From assembly GCA_964542845.1 (NCBI GenBank), contig CAZIVM010000001.1, positions 1-54,523 of the forward strand: a stretch of DNA of 54,523 nt. The letters run 5' to 3'. Under the pieces are notes generated by a model. That model was given only the letters and a program-made list of their open reading frames with translations. It did not search any database and was not told the DNA's origin. This document shows positions 43,167 through 52,962 of the stretch, piece by piece. Position numbers and translations under genes: made by a program. Within the stretch, counting starts at the first letter, position 1. The number at the start of each line of letters is the position of its first letter. The DNA comes from an uncultured Victivallales bacterium. Its GTDB lineage: Bacteria; Verrucomicrobiota; Lentisphaeria; Victivallales; CAZIVM01.

Positions 43167-44267
43167 TTATTGTTGAATGAGTTGAACAAATTCGTCGAAG
43201 AGGTAGCGTGAGTCGTGAGGGCCGGGGGCTGACTCTGGATGGTATTGCACAGAGAATGCTTTTTGTGTGCGGTGACGAACCCCTTCAACGGTTTGGTCAT
43301 TGAGGTTGATGTGCGTCACTTCTAAACATTCGGGCAAGTTGTTTTGCGTAATGGCAAAGTTGTGGTTCTGACTCGTAATTTCAATATCGCCAGTTTTTAA
43401 GTTTTTCACAGGATGGTTACAACCGTGGTGTCCGAATTTAAGGCGAACACACTCTGCGCCACAAGCGATTGAGAGGAGTTGGTGTCCTAAACAAATTCCC
43501 ATCATGGGCTTTTTGCCTAATAATGCTTTGATGGTGTCGATGGCATAAGTGACAGCGGAGGGGTCTGCAGGGCCGTTTGAAAGAAAAACACCATCTGAGT
43601 TATATTTCAAAATCTCTTCAGCAGTGGTTTTGGCGGGAACAACGGTGACACGGAATCCCGCATCCGCGAGGAGTCGGAGAATGTTATATTTAATCCCGAA
43701 ATCAATCGCGACAAGGTGATATTCGCCTTCGGTGTTCCATTCGAAAGGTTTGTCGATGGTGACTTTGGTTGCATAATCTTGTCCATCAAGCCCTTCCCAT
43801 GCTTGTGCTTTGGCAATCGCTTCGGCTTCGGTGATAGGGGTCTCTGAACAGTGCAAATAGGCTTTTTGATTCCCATGCGCGCGTAAAGAAAGAGTGAGAC
43901 GGCGTGTATCTACCCCTGCAAGAGCAGGAATGTTGTTGGTTTTAAGAAAATCTTCAAGACTGATTTCAGATGTGAAGTTTGAGGGAGGATTCATTTCGTG
44001 AAGGACAATACCAGAGAGTCGGGGTTTATCCGATTCCATGGCAGACGCATTGCACCCATAGTTGCCGAGTTCTGGGACTGTGAATGTCACAATTTGTCCG
44101 GTGTAAGAGGGGTCGCTAATAATCTCTTGGTAGCCACTCATTCCTGTGTTGAACACCACTTCACCGACTTGATCGATAGGGGCTCCACAAGTATATCCGT
44201 GGAATATTTCGCCATTGGCGAGCGCGAGAAACGCTTTCTGTTTGGTTTTTTTCTGCCATGAGTACAT
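43167..44267 (-). CDS. carA: Carbamoyl-phosphate synthase small (glutaminase) subunit
   Basis: The triad-GATase nucleophile elbow GICLGHQ is present, together with HHGCNHPV and QYHPE. Confidence 0.95.
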   Translation of the reverse strand: MYSWQKKTKQKAFLALANGEIFHGYTCGAPIDQVGEVVFNTGMSGYQEIISDPSYTGQIVTFTVPELGNYGCNASAMESDKPRLSGIVLHEMNPPSNFTSEISLEDFLKTNNIPALAGVDTRRLTLSLRAHGNQKAYLHCSETPITEAEAIAKAQAWEGLDGQDYATKVTIDKPFEWNTEGEYHLVAIDFGIKYNILRLLADAGFRVTVVPAKTTAEEILKYNSDGVFLSNGPADPSAVTYAIDTIKALLGKKPMMGICLGHQLLSIACGAECVRLKFGHHGCNHPVKNLKTGDIEITSQNHNFAITQNNLPECLEVTHINLNDQTVEGVRHRTQKAFSVQYHPESAPGPHDSRYLFDEFVQLIQQ

Positions 44268-44282
44268 GATAACTCCTTACTG

Positions 44283-46022
44283 TTATTGATAGGCTCTGGT
44301 ATGATTATTTTCGTAGTAATTGACAAGGGCTTGGTTCACCACACGATAACCGCCTGAGGTGGGGTAATTCCCCGTAAAATACCAGTCACCCGAGTGGTTC
44401 GGACACGATTCGTGAAGTGATTTTTCGGTTTGGAAAATGACCACGAGTTCTGCGCGCAATCCTTCAGGACGGAGACGGTCTGTGATCGCTTGAATGAGTT
44501 CAGCTTCCGAGAATTCGTCGTAGATAGGGGTGACGCAGTTAGTCATTGGTTTATGTGGAGAAGAGAGTTGACGCTTCGCTTCGTTGTACGCTTGCTCTAA
44601 TACTTCCATTTTGTTGTGTTTTTTGAGTAGGTCAACCAACGCTTCAAAAGCGATCAGTTCGCGCATGCTTCCCATGTCGATGCCGTAACAGTCGGGGTAA
44701 CGAATGGGGGGGGCGGATGAGGCAATGACAATGCGTTTAGGGTTGAGTCGATCTAACATGGGTAAGATGGCCCGTTTCATGGTGTTTCCGCGTACAATGG
44801 AGTCGTCGATCACCACGAGGTTATCGGCTCCTGGACGCACGAGACCATAAGTGACATCATAGACGTGCATCGCAAGATCTTTTCGCACTGTTTCATCAGA
44901 GATGAACGTACGGAACTTTGCATCTTTAATGGCGATTTGACCAAATCGAAGCTCTTGAGGACACTTCTTAATAAGGGTTTGTAACAACCCATGAAAACAA
45001 ATTTGTGCGGTATTAGGAATATAAGAGAAAAATGTGTTTTCAAAATCGTGTTGTACCGCTTCTGAAATCGCTGGAATAAGCGCGGCACCTAACGCTTTAC
45101 GTTCTTGGTGAATGTCGGCATCATTTCCGCGTGAAAAATAGATCCGTTCAAAGACGCATTTGCGGTGAGGTTTTGAGGAAAGACAATCTTTGATTTCAAC
45201 TTGATTATCTTGGGTCATAATTAACGCTTTGCCGGGGGGGAGTTCCATCACTTCTGCCGATGTGCGATCAAAAACGGTTTGAATTGGGGCGCGTTCAGAC
45301 GCGACCACCACCACTTCATCATCAAAGTAAAAGTAACCAGGGCGGATTCCAGCAGGGTCGCGTATGGCAAACGCTTCACCATTACCTGTTGCCCCGCAGA
45401 AAGTATACGCGCCATCCATCTCTTCGAGTCCGCTCTGTAAAATTTCGGCAAAGTCGCACTGACTTTGATAGGCGTTACGCTTATGTTCAAGACAGTGTGA
45501 AATCCATTGGAGGACGAGGGAACTATCGCGCAAGTTATGCACATGGTGTCCTGATGCGGTTAATTTATGAAGAACATGTTGCGCATTAGTTAAGTTAAAG
45601 TTACCTGCAAGCATTAAGGTGCGATTCAAGCAAGGGCTTTCATGGATTTGGGGCTGACAGGCTTCAATATCGCGTGATCCGTAAGTTGCATAACGAAGGT
45701 GTCCTAAAAAAAGATCCCCGCCGAAAGGGGATTTAGAATGTGAGCTAACGGAGAGAGAAGGCCCAATTCGTTCAACCAAGTCGGCGAGGGGAAGATTTCG
45801 TATAGAACGCTCCAGTTGGAATGCGGGCACTCCTATCTCTGGATTGAAACGGATAGCGGCCATACCGGCGCCATCCTGTCCTCGATTATGTTGTTTTTCA
45901 AGTAATAACGTCAATTTCTGGAACCCGTAGAAAGGGGTTCCATACTTTTGGAGATAGTATTCGGGGCGCTGTCGGAGTTTGATCAACGCCACCGCGCATT
46001 CGTGTTTGAGAGCGTCTGACAT
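44283..46022 (-). CDS. purF: Amidophosphoribosyltransferase, long form with propeptide and catalytic Cys
   Basis: MSDALKHE-C9 (propeptide then Cys), EKQHNRGQDGAGMA, and PRTase loop LVVIDDSIVRGNTMK. Confidence 0.8.
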   Translation of the reverse strand: MSDALKHECAVALIKLRQRPEYYLQKYGTPFYGFQKLTLLLEKQHNRGQDGAGMAAIRFNPEIGVPAFQLERSIRNLPLADLVERIGPSLSVSSHSKSPFGGDLFLGHLRYATYGSRDIEACQPQIHESPCLNRTLMLAGNFNLTNAQHVLHKLTASGHHVHNLRDSSLVLQWISHCLEHKRNAYQSQCDFAEILQSGLEEMDGAYTFCGATGNGEAFAIRDPAGIRPGYFYFDDEVVVVASERAPIQTVFDRTSAEVMELPPGKALIMTQDNQVEIKDCLSSKPHRKCVFERIYFSRGNDADIHQERKALGAALIPAISEAVQHDFENTFFSYIPNTAQICFHGLLQTLIKKCPQELRFGQIAIKDAKFRTFISDETVRKDLAMHVYDVTYGLVRPGADNLVVIDDSIVRGNTMKRAILPMLDRLNPKRIVIASSAPPIRYPDCYGIDMGSMRELIAFEALVDLLKKHNKMEVLEQAYNEAKRQLSSPHKPMTNCVTPIYDEFSEAELIQAITDRLRPEGLRAELVVIFQTEKSLHESCPNHSGDWYFTGNYPTSGGYRVVNQALVNYYENNHTRAYQ

Positions 46023-46033
46023 GGTGTAACCTC

Positions 46034-48145
46034 TTAGTAGATGAAGAGCATGTCGCGATATTTAGGAAGCGGCCAGAGATTATCAGGCACAATTCCTTCG
46101 ACAGCGTCTACAATCGTACGCATTTCGGTGAGCGCAGGGAGAATTTCTTCGTGGTCATCCGCGAGTGCTTTTTCGAGTTTTATGCAAGCTTTAGTGAGTT
46201 TATCAAGTGCAGTTCCGAGGGTTTCTGCATCGGCTTTAAGGGATGCAATTCCGCCACGTAACCCTAACTCTTGCGCTTGAATTAATGGGGTGACGCATTC
46301 ACTAAACGCTGATTTTACAGCGGGAGAGATCATGGTTTTTGCCATCTCAAGCGCGACTTCTCCTTCGATACGAACACGACGTTCGTATCCTTCAACGAAG
46401 ACTTCTGTGCGCGAGTGTAATTCTTTAGAATTAAAGACGCCATGTTTGCTAAAAAGTTCAATGTTTTTCTCAGAATTTAAGATAGAAAGTGCACTTGGGG
46501 TGTTTTCTTTGTTGAGTAAACCGCGTTTTTTAGCTTCTGCACGCCACTCGGCGGAGTAGTTGTCGCCATTGAAGATGACACGTTTGTGTGCTTTAATCTC
46601 TTTGCCTAAGAGGGCTTGGAGTGATTCATTGAATTTTTTGGGATCAAACGCTTCAATTTTTTCTGCAAGTTCGTTCATCGACTCCGCAACAATCGTGTTG
46701 AGTGCGGTTAATGAACCTGCACATGATTGGCTTGAACCTGGTGCGCGGAATTCAAACTTGTTCCCTGTGAATGCAAATGGACTTGTGCGGTTACGGTCGG
46801 TTGCATCTTGTGGGAGTGCGGGGAGTGTGTCGACCCCAATTCGCATGGAGCTTGGACGGCGACTGCGTGTGGCAGGGCCTTTTTCAAGCTGTTCGATAAT
46901 ATCGTTAAGTTGATCTCCAAGGAACATTGAAATAATGGCAGGAGGTGCTTCGTTTGCCCCTAAACGGTGATCGTTTCCAGCTGTTGCAACGGCACTGCGG
47001 AGAATATCGCTGTGTTCATCAATCGCTTTAATGATAGAGGTTAAAACGGTTAAGAAGATTGCGTTTTGGTGGGGATCATTTCCTGGATTGAGGAGGTTCA
47101 ATGTGCCGTAGTTCATCGACCAGTTATGGTGTTTCCCTGAACCATTGACGCCTGCAAAGGGTTTTTCATGGAGTAAACAAACCATGCCGTGTTTATCGGC
47201 AACAGTGCGTAAAACTTCCATCACAATCATGTTGTGGTCGACCGCTAAGTTTGCATTTTCAAACATTGGTGCAAGTTCGAACTGAGCAGGAGCCACTTCA
47301 TTGTGACGTGTTTTGGCAGGAATTCCTAATTTCCAAAGTGTATGCTCAACTTCATTCATAAAGTTTAATACGCGAGTACGAATAGAACCAAAATAGTGAT
47401 CTTCTAATTGTTGATGTTTTGCAGGTGCTGCACCGAAGAGTGTGCGACCGGTTTGGATGAGGTCAGGACGCTCTAAGTAGAACTTTTTATCGATTAAGAA
47501 ATATTCTTGTTCAGCCCCTAAAGTTACAGTGAAAGGAGATTCAGGTAAATCAAAACAGTTCATTAAGCGAATCACAGATTTTTTGAGCGATTGAATCGAA
47601 CGGAGTAAAGGTGTTTTTTTATCTAAAACTTCGCCGGTGTATGAGCAGAACGCTGTAGGAATACAAAGTGTGGCGCCGTTATCATGACGTTTGATAAATG
47701 CAGGAGAGGTTGGATCCCATGCGGTGTAGCCGCGCGCTTCGAATGTGCAACGGAGTCCGCCTGAGGGGAAGCTGGAAGCATCGGGTTCGCCCACGATAAG
47801 ATTTTTCCCAGAGAAAACGTGGAGTGCTTTGTTGTTATCGACAGGTTCAAGAAATGCATCGTGTTTTTCAGCAGTGCCACCTGTGAGCGGTTGGAACCAA
47901 TGGGTAAAGTGGGTTGCGCCACGATCTAAGGCCCAACGTTTCATGGCGTGAGCCACATCGCCAGCGATGGCGGGATCAAGAGGCGCGCCGTCATTGATGG
48001 TGCTGATGAGTTTTTCTGCGGTGGCTTTGGCGAGATACTGACGCATCATTTCGGGACCAAAGACATCTTCCGCATAGAATGAAAGGTTTTTGATGTCGAG
48101 ATCGGCATCGACACTGCATGCACAACAAGAATTGGTATTGCTCAT
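46034..48145 (-). CDS. glnN: Glutamine synthetase type III
   Basis: 703 aa, GSIII length class. Motifs include HFTHWFQPLTGGTAEKHD, NGSGKHHNWS and RLGANEAPPAIIS. Confidence 0.9.
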   Translation of the reverse strand: MSNTNSCCACSVDADLDIKNLSFYAEDVFGPEMMRQYLAKATAEKLISTINDGAPLDPAIAGDVAHAMKRWALDRGATHFTHWFQPLTGGTAEKHDAFLEPVDNNKALHVFSGKNLIVGEPDASSFPSGGLRCTFEARGYTAWDPTSPAFIKRHDNGATLCIPTAFCSYTGEVLDKKTPLLRSIQSLKKSVIRLMNCFDLPESPFTVTLGAEQEYFLIDKKFYLERPDLIQTGRTLFGAAPAKHQQLEDHYFGSIRTRVLNFMNEVEHTLWKLGIPAKTRHNEVAPAQFELAPMFENANLAVDHNMIVMEVLRTVADKHGMVCLLHEKPFAGVNGSGKHHNWSMNYGTLNLLNPGNDPHQNAIFLTVLTSIIKAIDEHSDILRSAVATAGNDHRLGANEAPPAIISMFLGDQLNDIIEQLEKGPATRSRRPSSMRIGVDTLPALPQDATDRNRTSPFAFTGNKFEFRAPGSSQSCAGSLTALNTIVAESMNELAEKIEAFDPKKFNESLQALLGKEIKAHKRVIFNGDNYSAEWRAEAKKRGLLNKENTPSALSILNSEKNIELFSKHGVFNSKELHSRTEVFVEGYERRVRIEGEVALEMAKTMISPAVKSAFSECVTPLIQAQELGLRGGIASLKADAETLGTALDKLTKACIKLEKALADDHEEILPALTEMRTIVDAVEGIVPDNLWPLPKYRDMLFIY

Positions 48146-48193
48146 TTTTTCTTCTCCAATGAGTAAGGGTTATGGGTTGATGCCAACTTAATA

Positions 48194-48210
48194 AGCAAAA
48201 AGCGTGCCAA
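48194..48210 (-). promoter_or_regulatory. Sigma-54 (-24/-12) promoter for glnN-purF-carAB
   Basis: The minus strand reads TTGGCACGCTTTTTGCT, which fits YTGGCACGRNNNTTGCW with GG-N10-GC spacing. The predicted start is about 38 nt upstream of the glnN ATG. The SD is GGAGAAG. Confidence 0.8.
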
Positions 48211-48269
48211 CTTTTTAAAACAGCTCTTTTTGTGCGTAAATCTTCTTTTTTGGCGGATTGAGTATAGAA

Positions 48270-48325
48270 ATATCTTTTTACAATTTTGTAAAATCTTGAT
48301 AATATCTTTTACAATTTTGTAAAAT
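48270..48325. promoter_or_regulatory. Two direct repeats, each carrying the dyad TTTTACAA-TT-TTGTAAAA: candidate enhancer (UAS) sites for a bEBP
   Basis: ATATCTTTTTACAATTTTGTAAAAT (48270-48294) and ATATCTTTTACAATTTTGTAAAAT (48302-48325). The dyads are at 48276-48293 and 48307-48324, with centres 31 bp apart. They lie midway between the two sigma-54 promoters. Confidence 0.65.
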
Positions 48326-48376
48326 TAAAAATCGCTTTATGATTCCTTTTCTCCTTCAAATCCTTTGATATGAGAG

Positions 48377-48393
48377 TTGGCACGCTTTTTGCT
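48377..48393 (+). promoter_or_regulatory. Sigma-54 (-24/-12) promoter for gltBD
   Basis: The plus strand reads TTGGCACGCTTTTTGCT, identical to the glnN promoter 17-mer. The predicted start is about 60 nt upstream of the gltB ATG. The SD is AAGGAG. Confidence 0.8.
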
Positions 48394-48462
48394 ATTTATA
48401 AGCGTGTGTAATTTTACATCTATAAATTCAATAGGAACTCAATCTATCATAAGGAGCTTAAA

Positions 48463-51400
48463 ATGTCTTTCCAACATCCTATCTCTCCCTTGCCCGATGC
48501 GCAGGGACTCTACAATTACCAGAATGAACATGATGCTTGCGGTGTCGGTCTCGCTGCAGATCTCGCTAACGAACCGAGTCATCGCGTCGTTGATCTCGGA
48601 TTAACAATCCTTAAACGTCTTGCCCACCGTGGTGCGGTCGGTAGCGATCCCAATACGGGCGATGGCGCGGGGCTTCTCTTAACAATCCCACACGACTATT
48701 TTATGCAAACTTTGAAAATGAGTTTGCCAGAATTTGGTTTCTATGGTGTCGGGATGATTTTTGGTTGCGATACTCAGACACAAAAACAAATTGAATCGAT
48801 GATTGAAGCTGAAGGTTGCGAAGTGATTTCATGGCGCGATGTTCCGCATCATCAAGAACATATCGGGCAAGCCGCACAAGCCACTTGTCCTACAATTCAA
48901 CAAGTTTTCATAAGTGGTTCAAGTTTCACCTCCCCCGAATCGTTCGGTCGCAAACTGTATGTGATTCGTCGTATCATTGAAAACACCATTCCTTCCGTTT
49001 ACATTTGTAGTATGTCGAATCGCACGATTGTGTATAAAGGACTCCTCCTTGCCCATCAATTAGAGTTGTTTTATCCCGATTTGTCACACGAAAATTTCAA
49101 AACCGCTATTGCCCTTGTCCATCAACGTTATAGTACCAATACTTTCCCAACCTGGCAGTTGGCGCACCCGTTTCGTTTCTTAGCACACAATGGTGAAATT
49201 AATACTTTACGTGGGAACTTAAATCAAATTCGTGCGAAAGAAGCTTTTTTAGCGTCGCCATTGTTTGGTGACGATATTTCAAAGATTTTTCCTGTGGTAA
49301 CGCCCAATCAAAGTGACTCCGCATCTTTAGATAATATGTTTGAACTTTTAGTGCAAGGTGGGCGCAGTATTGAACACGCAATGTTGATGATGATGCCTCA
49401 AGCTTGGGGGAAAAAATATCATTTGAGTCGTGATGTTCGCGCCTTCTTTGAATATCATTCAGCATTGATGGAGCCATGGGATGGCCCTGCCGCGGTGGGA
49501 TTTACTGACGGAATAAATGTTGGTGCAATGTTGGATAGAAATGGATTGCGTCCCGCACGTTATACCTTAACAAAGGATGGTATTTTTGTGTTGGCTTCTG
49601 AAACGGGTGTCATTGATTTTCCTGTAGAAGATGTGGTTAAAAAAGGTCGTTTAAAACCGGGTGAGATTATTTTATGTGATCTTCAAAATCATCGTTTATT
49701 ACTCGATGATGAGGTAAAAAAGAGTGTGGCACGTCGTCAACCCTATCGTCGTTGGTGTGCTGAAAACCGCATGAATGTTCACGGTTTATTTAGTGCGATT
49801 ACTGCGCCAGAAGTTCCTGAAAATCTTCGTACGCGTCAACGCATTTTTGGTTATACGCGTGAAGATGTCTCCACCATTATTAAACCGATGTCGAAACACG
49901 GACAAGAACCCGTCGGTTCGATGGGAAATGATGCGGCGCTTGCGATTCTTTCTGATAAACCTCAGCTGCTTTTTAACTACTTTAAACAGTTGTTTGCTCA
50001 GGTGACCAATCCACCTATCGACCCCATTCGCGAGGAGTTGGTGATGAGTTTAACCACTTATATTGGGAACCGTGGGAATATTTTGGATGAAACCCCTGAT
50101 CATGCGCGTATTATTAAATTGGATCGACCTATTCTCACTTACGATGAATTAACTCACTTATGCGAACTTAAAAATGAGGCATTCAAAACCACCACTTTGC
50201 GTATGGAATTTCCTGTCAATGAAAATGCAATGGCGATGGAATATGCCCTTGATAGCTTAGGAATTGAGGCGGTGGCCGCTGTGAAAAGTGGGTATCGTAT
50301 CTTGATTTTAAGTGATGAAAATCTTTCTCCCAATTGTGCGCCTATTCCTTCTTTATTGGCTTCTGTGGCGGTCAATCGTGCCTTGAGTGCGGCAGGACTT
50401 CGCCCCGAAGTGGGCATTATTGTGGCCTCTGGGGAAGTGCGCGAAGTGATGCACTATGCGCTACTTTTAGGGTACGGTGCAACGGCGATTTGTCCTTACC
50501 TTGCGCTTGAGACCGTCTCTGCATCGGTGACGGAAGGGACGATTAAGCGTGATCGCATTACTGCGGTTAGCAACTATATTAAGGCGGTCGACAAAGGTTT
50601 ACTCAAAGTGATGTCAAAGATGGGAATTTCAACCTTACGCAGTTATCGTGGCGGACAAGCTTTCGAGGCGGTTGGGTTGGATGAAAATCTTGTGAATCGA
50701 TATTTTACAGGAACGGCAAGTCGTATTGGCGGGATTGGAATTGCGGAGATTGCGGAAGAGGCGCGTCGTCGTTATAACTCCGCGACATCGACTCAACCCT
50801 TACTCCCTGTCGGCGGTAATTATGTGTATCGTGAAGAGGGAGAACACCATTTATGGACCCCTCAATCACTCTCTGTATTTCGTCAAGCCGTCATGGAAAA
50901 CAACCGTGCGAAATACGATGAATACGCCTCTTTAATCAATAATCAAGAAAAACATCTTTGTACGCTTCGTGGACTTTTCGAGTTTGCTCCTGTTGGTCAA
51001 TCGATCCCATTAGACGAAGTTGAAAGTGTCGATTCTATTCTCAAACGTTTTGTTTCGGGCGCGATGTCATTAGGTTCATTGAGTCCTGAGGCGCACGAAG
51101 CGATTGCGGTGGCGATGAACAAAATTGGCGCGATGAGTAACACGGGTGAGGGTGGGGAAGATACCGCACGTTATACCCCAGGTCCTAACGGCGAAAATCG
51201 TGCCAGTGCGATCAAACAAATTGCCAGTGGTCGTTTTGGGGTAACGATTGATTACTTACGTCATGGCAAAGAGATACAAATCAAAATGGCGCAAGGTGCA
51301 AAACCGGGTGAGGGCGGTCAGCTTCCCGGACACAAAGTGAATGAATTTGTGGCGAAGTTGCGACACTCCATGCCGAATGTTACTTTGATTTCACCGCCTC

Positions 51401-52950
51401 CCCACCACGATATTTATTCGATTGAAGATTTATCTCAGTTGATTTATGACTTACGCAATGCGAATCCTGAAGCGCGTATTTCGGTTAAATTGGTTTCAGA
51501 AGTGGGGGTCGGTACGATTGCTGCTGGGGTTGCCAAAGCGCACTCCGATGTGGTGTTGATTAGTGGACACGATGGCGGCACAGGGGCTTCGCCTTTAACC
51601 AGTATTAAACACGCAGGTTTACCTTGGGAACTCGGTTTAGCTGAGGCGCAACAAACCCTTGTTAAAAATAATTTGCGTTCGCATGTTCGCCTTCAAGTGG
51701 ATGGTCAGCTTAAAACAGGTCGTGATATTATTATTGGGGCGTTGTTAGGGGCTGAGGAGTTCGGTTTTGCGACGAATATTTTGGTATGTTTAGGATGTAT
51801 CATTATGCGTAAATGTCATGAAAACTCATGTCCAGTGGGTGTCGCTACGCAAGATCCCGAACTTCGCAAACGTTTTGCAGGTAAGCCCGAGTATATTATT
51901 AATTTTCTCCGCTTTATTGCAGAAGAAACACGCGAATATTTGGCGATGTTAGGACTCCGCTCAATTGATGATGCCGTGGGGCGTGCGGATTTACTTCGTG
52001 TTAATCAAGCGATCGACTTCTATAAAACCAAAAATCTTGATTTCTCTAAGATTCTTACCCCTGTCACTTCGGGTAAAGTGCGCTATGAAACCACGGTTTA
52101 CGACGATGTTGCAAAAAGCTATGACCGTCGCGAACTTCTCCCCGAACTTCTCCCTTACTTAGATCAACCTAGCGCCGTGACCCTGACGCGTACGATTGCA
52201 AATGAAGATCGTGCAGTAGGGACAGGCCTTTCAGGTGAAGTTGCTTTCCGTCATGGCGCGGCAGGACTCCCCAATCATACCATTACTGTAAAGTTTACAG
52301 GTTGCGCGGGGCAGAGTTTTGGTGCCTTTTTAGCGCAAGGGATTACGTTTGATCTCGAAGGTGAGGCGAACGACTTTATTGGAAAAGGTTTGTCTGGCGG
52401 AAAAATCATTGTTCGTGCACCTAAGAATGCGCAATTTAAGCCTGAAGAAAACGTCATCGCGGGTAACGTAATTGGTTATGGGGCTACCTCAGGAGAGATT
52501 TTCTTGAACGGTTTAGCGGGCGAACGTTTTGCAGTGCGTAACAGTGGGATTACGGCAGTGGTTGAAGGGGTAGGCGATCACGGTTGCGAATATATGACTG
52601 GCGGACGCATTGTAGTGTTGGGTCAAACAGGCAACAACTTCGGCGCGGGAATGACGGGCGGTATCGCTTATGTCTATGATGAGGACGAAGATTTCGATTT
52701 GCGTTGTAATATTGATACGATCGACCTCGAAATTGTCGAGCCACACTCTGACGATGATCACGAGTTGCTGACGCTTTTACGACGTCATCTTTCATACACA
52801 CAAAGTCCTAAAGCGGCGCGGATCCTTGATAACTGGGAAAATGAACGTCATAAATTTGTGAAGGTGTTCCCCGTCGAATATCGTGCTGCGCTGGGTCGCA
52901 TGCGTCAAGACGATATGCAAGCTGTCAACCGTACAAAAGTATCCAACTAA
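48463..52950 (+). CDS. gltB: Glutamate synthase (GOGAT) large subunit
   Basis: 1495 aa. N-terminal Ntn amidotransferase Cys in HDACGVG, FMN/Fe-S central domain (CPVGVATQDP), and a C-terminal GXGXG beta-helix domain. Confidence 0.97.
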   Translation: MSFQHPISPLPDAQGLYNYQNEHDACGVGLAADLANEPSHRVVDLGLTILKRLAHRGAVGSDPNTGDGAGLLLTIPHDYFMQTLKMSLPEFGFYGVGMIFGCDTQTQKQIESMIEAEGCEVISWRDVPHHQEHIGQAAQATCPTIQQVFISGSSFTSPESFGRKLYVIRRIIENTIPSVYICSMSNRTIVYKGLLLAHQLELFYPDLSHENFKTAIALVHQRYSTNTFPTWQLAHPFRFLAHNGEINTLRGNLNQIRAKEAFLASPLFGDDISKIFPVVTPNQSDSASLDNMFELLVQGGRSIEHAMLMMMPQAWGKKYHLSRDVRAFFEYHSALMEPWDGPAAVGFTDGINVGAMLDRNGLRPARYTLTKDGIFVLASETGVIDFPVEDVVKKGRLKPGEIILCDLQNHRLLLDDEVKKSVARRQPYRRWCAENRMNVHGLFSAITAPEVPENLRTRQRIFGYTREDVSTIIKPMSKHGQEPVGSMGNDAALAILSDKPQLLFNYFKQLFAQVTNPPIDPIREELVMSLTTYIGNRGNILDETPDHARIIKLDRPILTYDELTHLCELKNEAFKTTTLRMEFPVNENAMAMEYALDSLGIEAVAAVKSGYRILILSDENLSPNCAPIPSLLASVAVNRALSAAGLRPEVGIIVASGEVREVMHYALLLGYGATAICPYLALETVSASVTEGTIKRDRITAVSNYIKAVDKGLLKVMSKMGISTLRSYRGGQAFEAVGLDENLVNRYFTGTASRIGGIGIAEIAEEARRRYNSATSTQPLLPVGGNYVYREEGEHHLWTPQSLSVFRQAVMENNRAKYDEYASLINNQEKHLCTLRGLFEFAPVGQSIPLDEVESVDSILKRFVSGAMSLGSLSPEAHEAIAVAMNKIGAMSNTGEGGEDTARYTPGPNGENRASAIKQIASGRFGVTIDYLRHGKEIQIKMAQGAKPGEGGQLPGHKVNEFVAKLRHSMPNVTLISPPPHHDIYSIEDLSQLIYDLRNANPEARISVKLVSEVGVGTIAAGVAKAHSDVVLISGHDGGTGASPLTSIKHAGLPWELGLAEAQQTLVKNNLRSHVRLQVDGQLKTGRDIIIGALLGAEEFGFATNILVCLGCIIMRKCHENSCPVGVATQDPELRKRFAGKPEYIINFLRFIAEETREYLAMLGLRSIDDAVGRADLLRVNQAIDFYKTKNLDFSKILTPVTSGKVRYETTVYDDVAKSYDRRELLPELLPYLDQPSAVTLTRTIANEDRAVGTGLSGEVAFRHGAAGLPNHTITVKFTGCAGQSFGAFLAQGITFDLEGEANDFIGKGLSGGKIIVRAPKNAQFKPEENVIAGNVIGYGATSGEIFLNGLAGERFAVRNSGITAVVEGVGDHGCEYMTGGRIVVLGQTGNNFGAGMTGGIAYVYDEDEDFDLRCNIDTIDLEIVEPHSDDDHELLTLLRRHLSYTQSPKAARILDNWENERHKFVKVFPVEYRAALGRMRQDDMQAVNRTKVSN

Positions 52951-52962
52951 CGAGGTAATATT

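Noticed and set aside
48270-48325. Direct repeats, considered as a possible mini-CRISPR or mobile-element end.
   Set aside because: There are only two copies, the spacing is 31 bp, there are no cas genes, and the position is centred between two sigma-54 promoters. I interpret them as enhancer sites instead.
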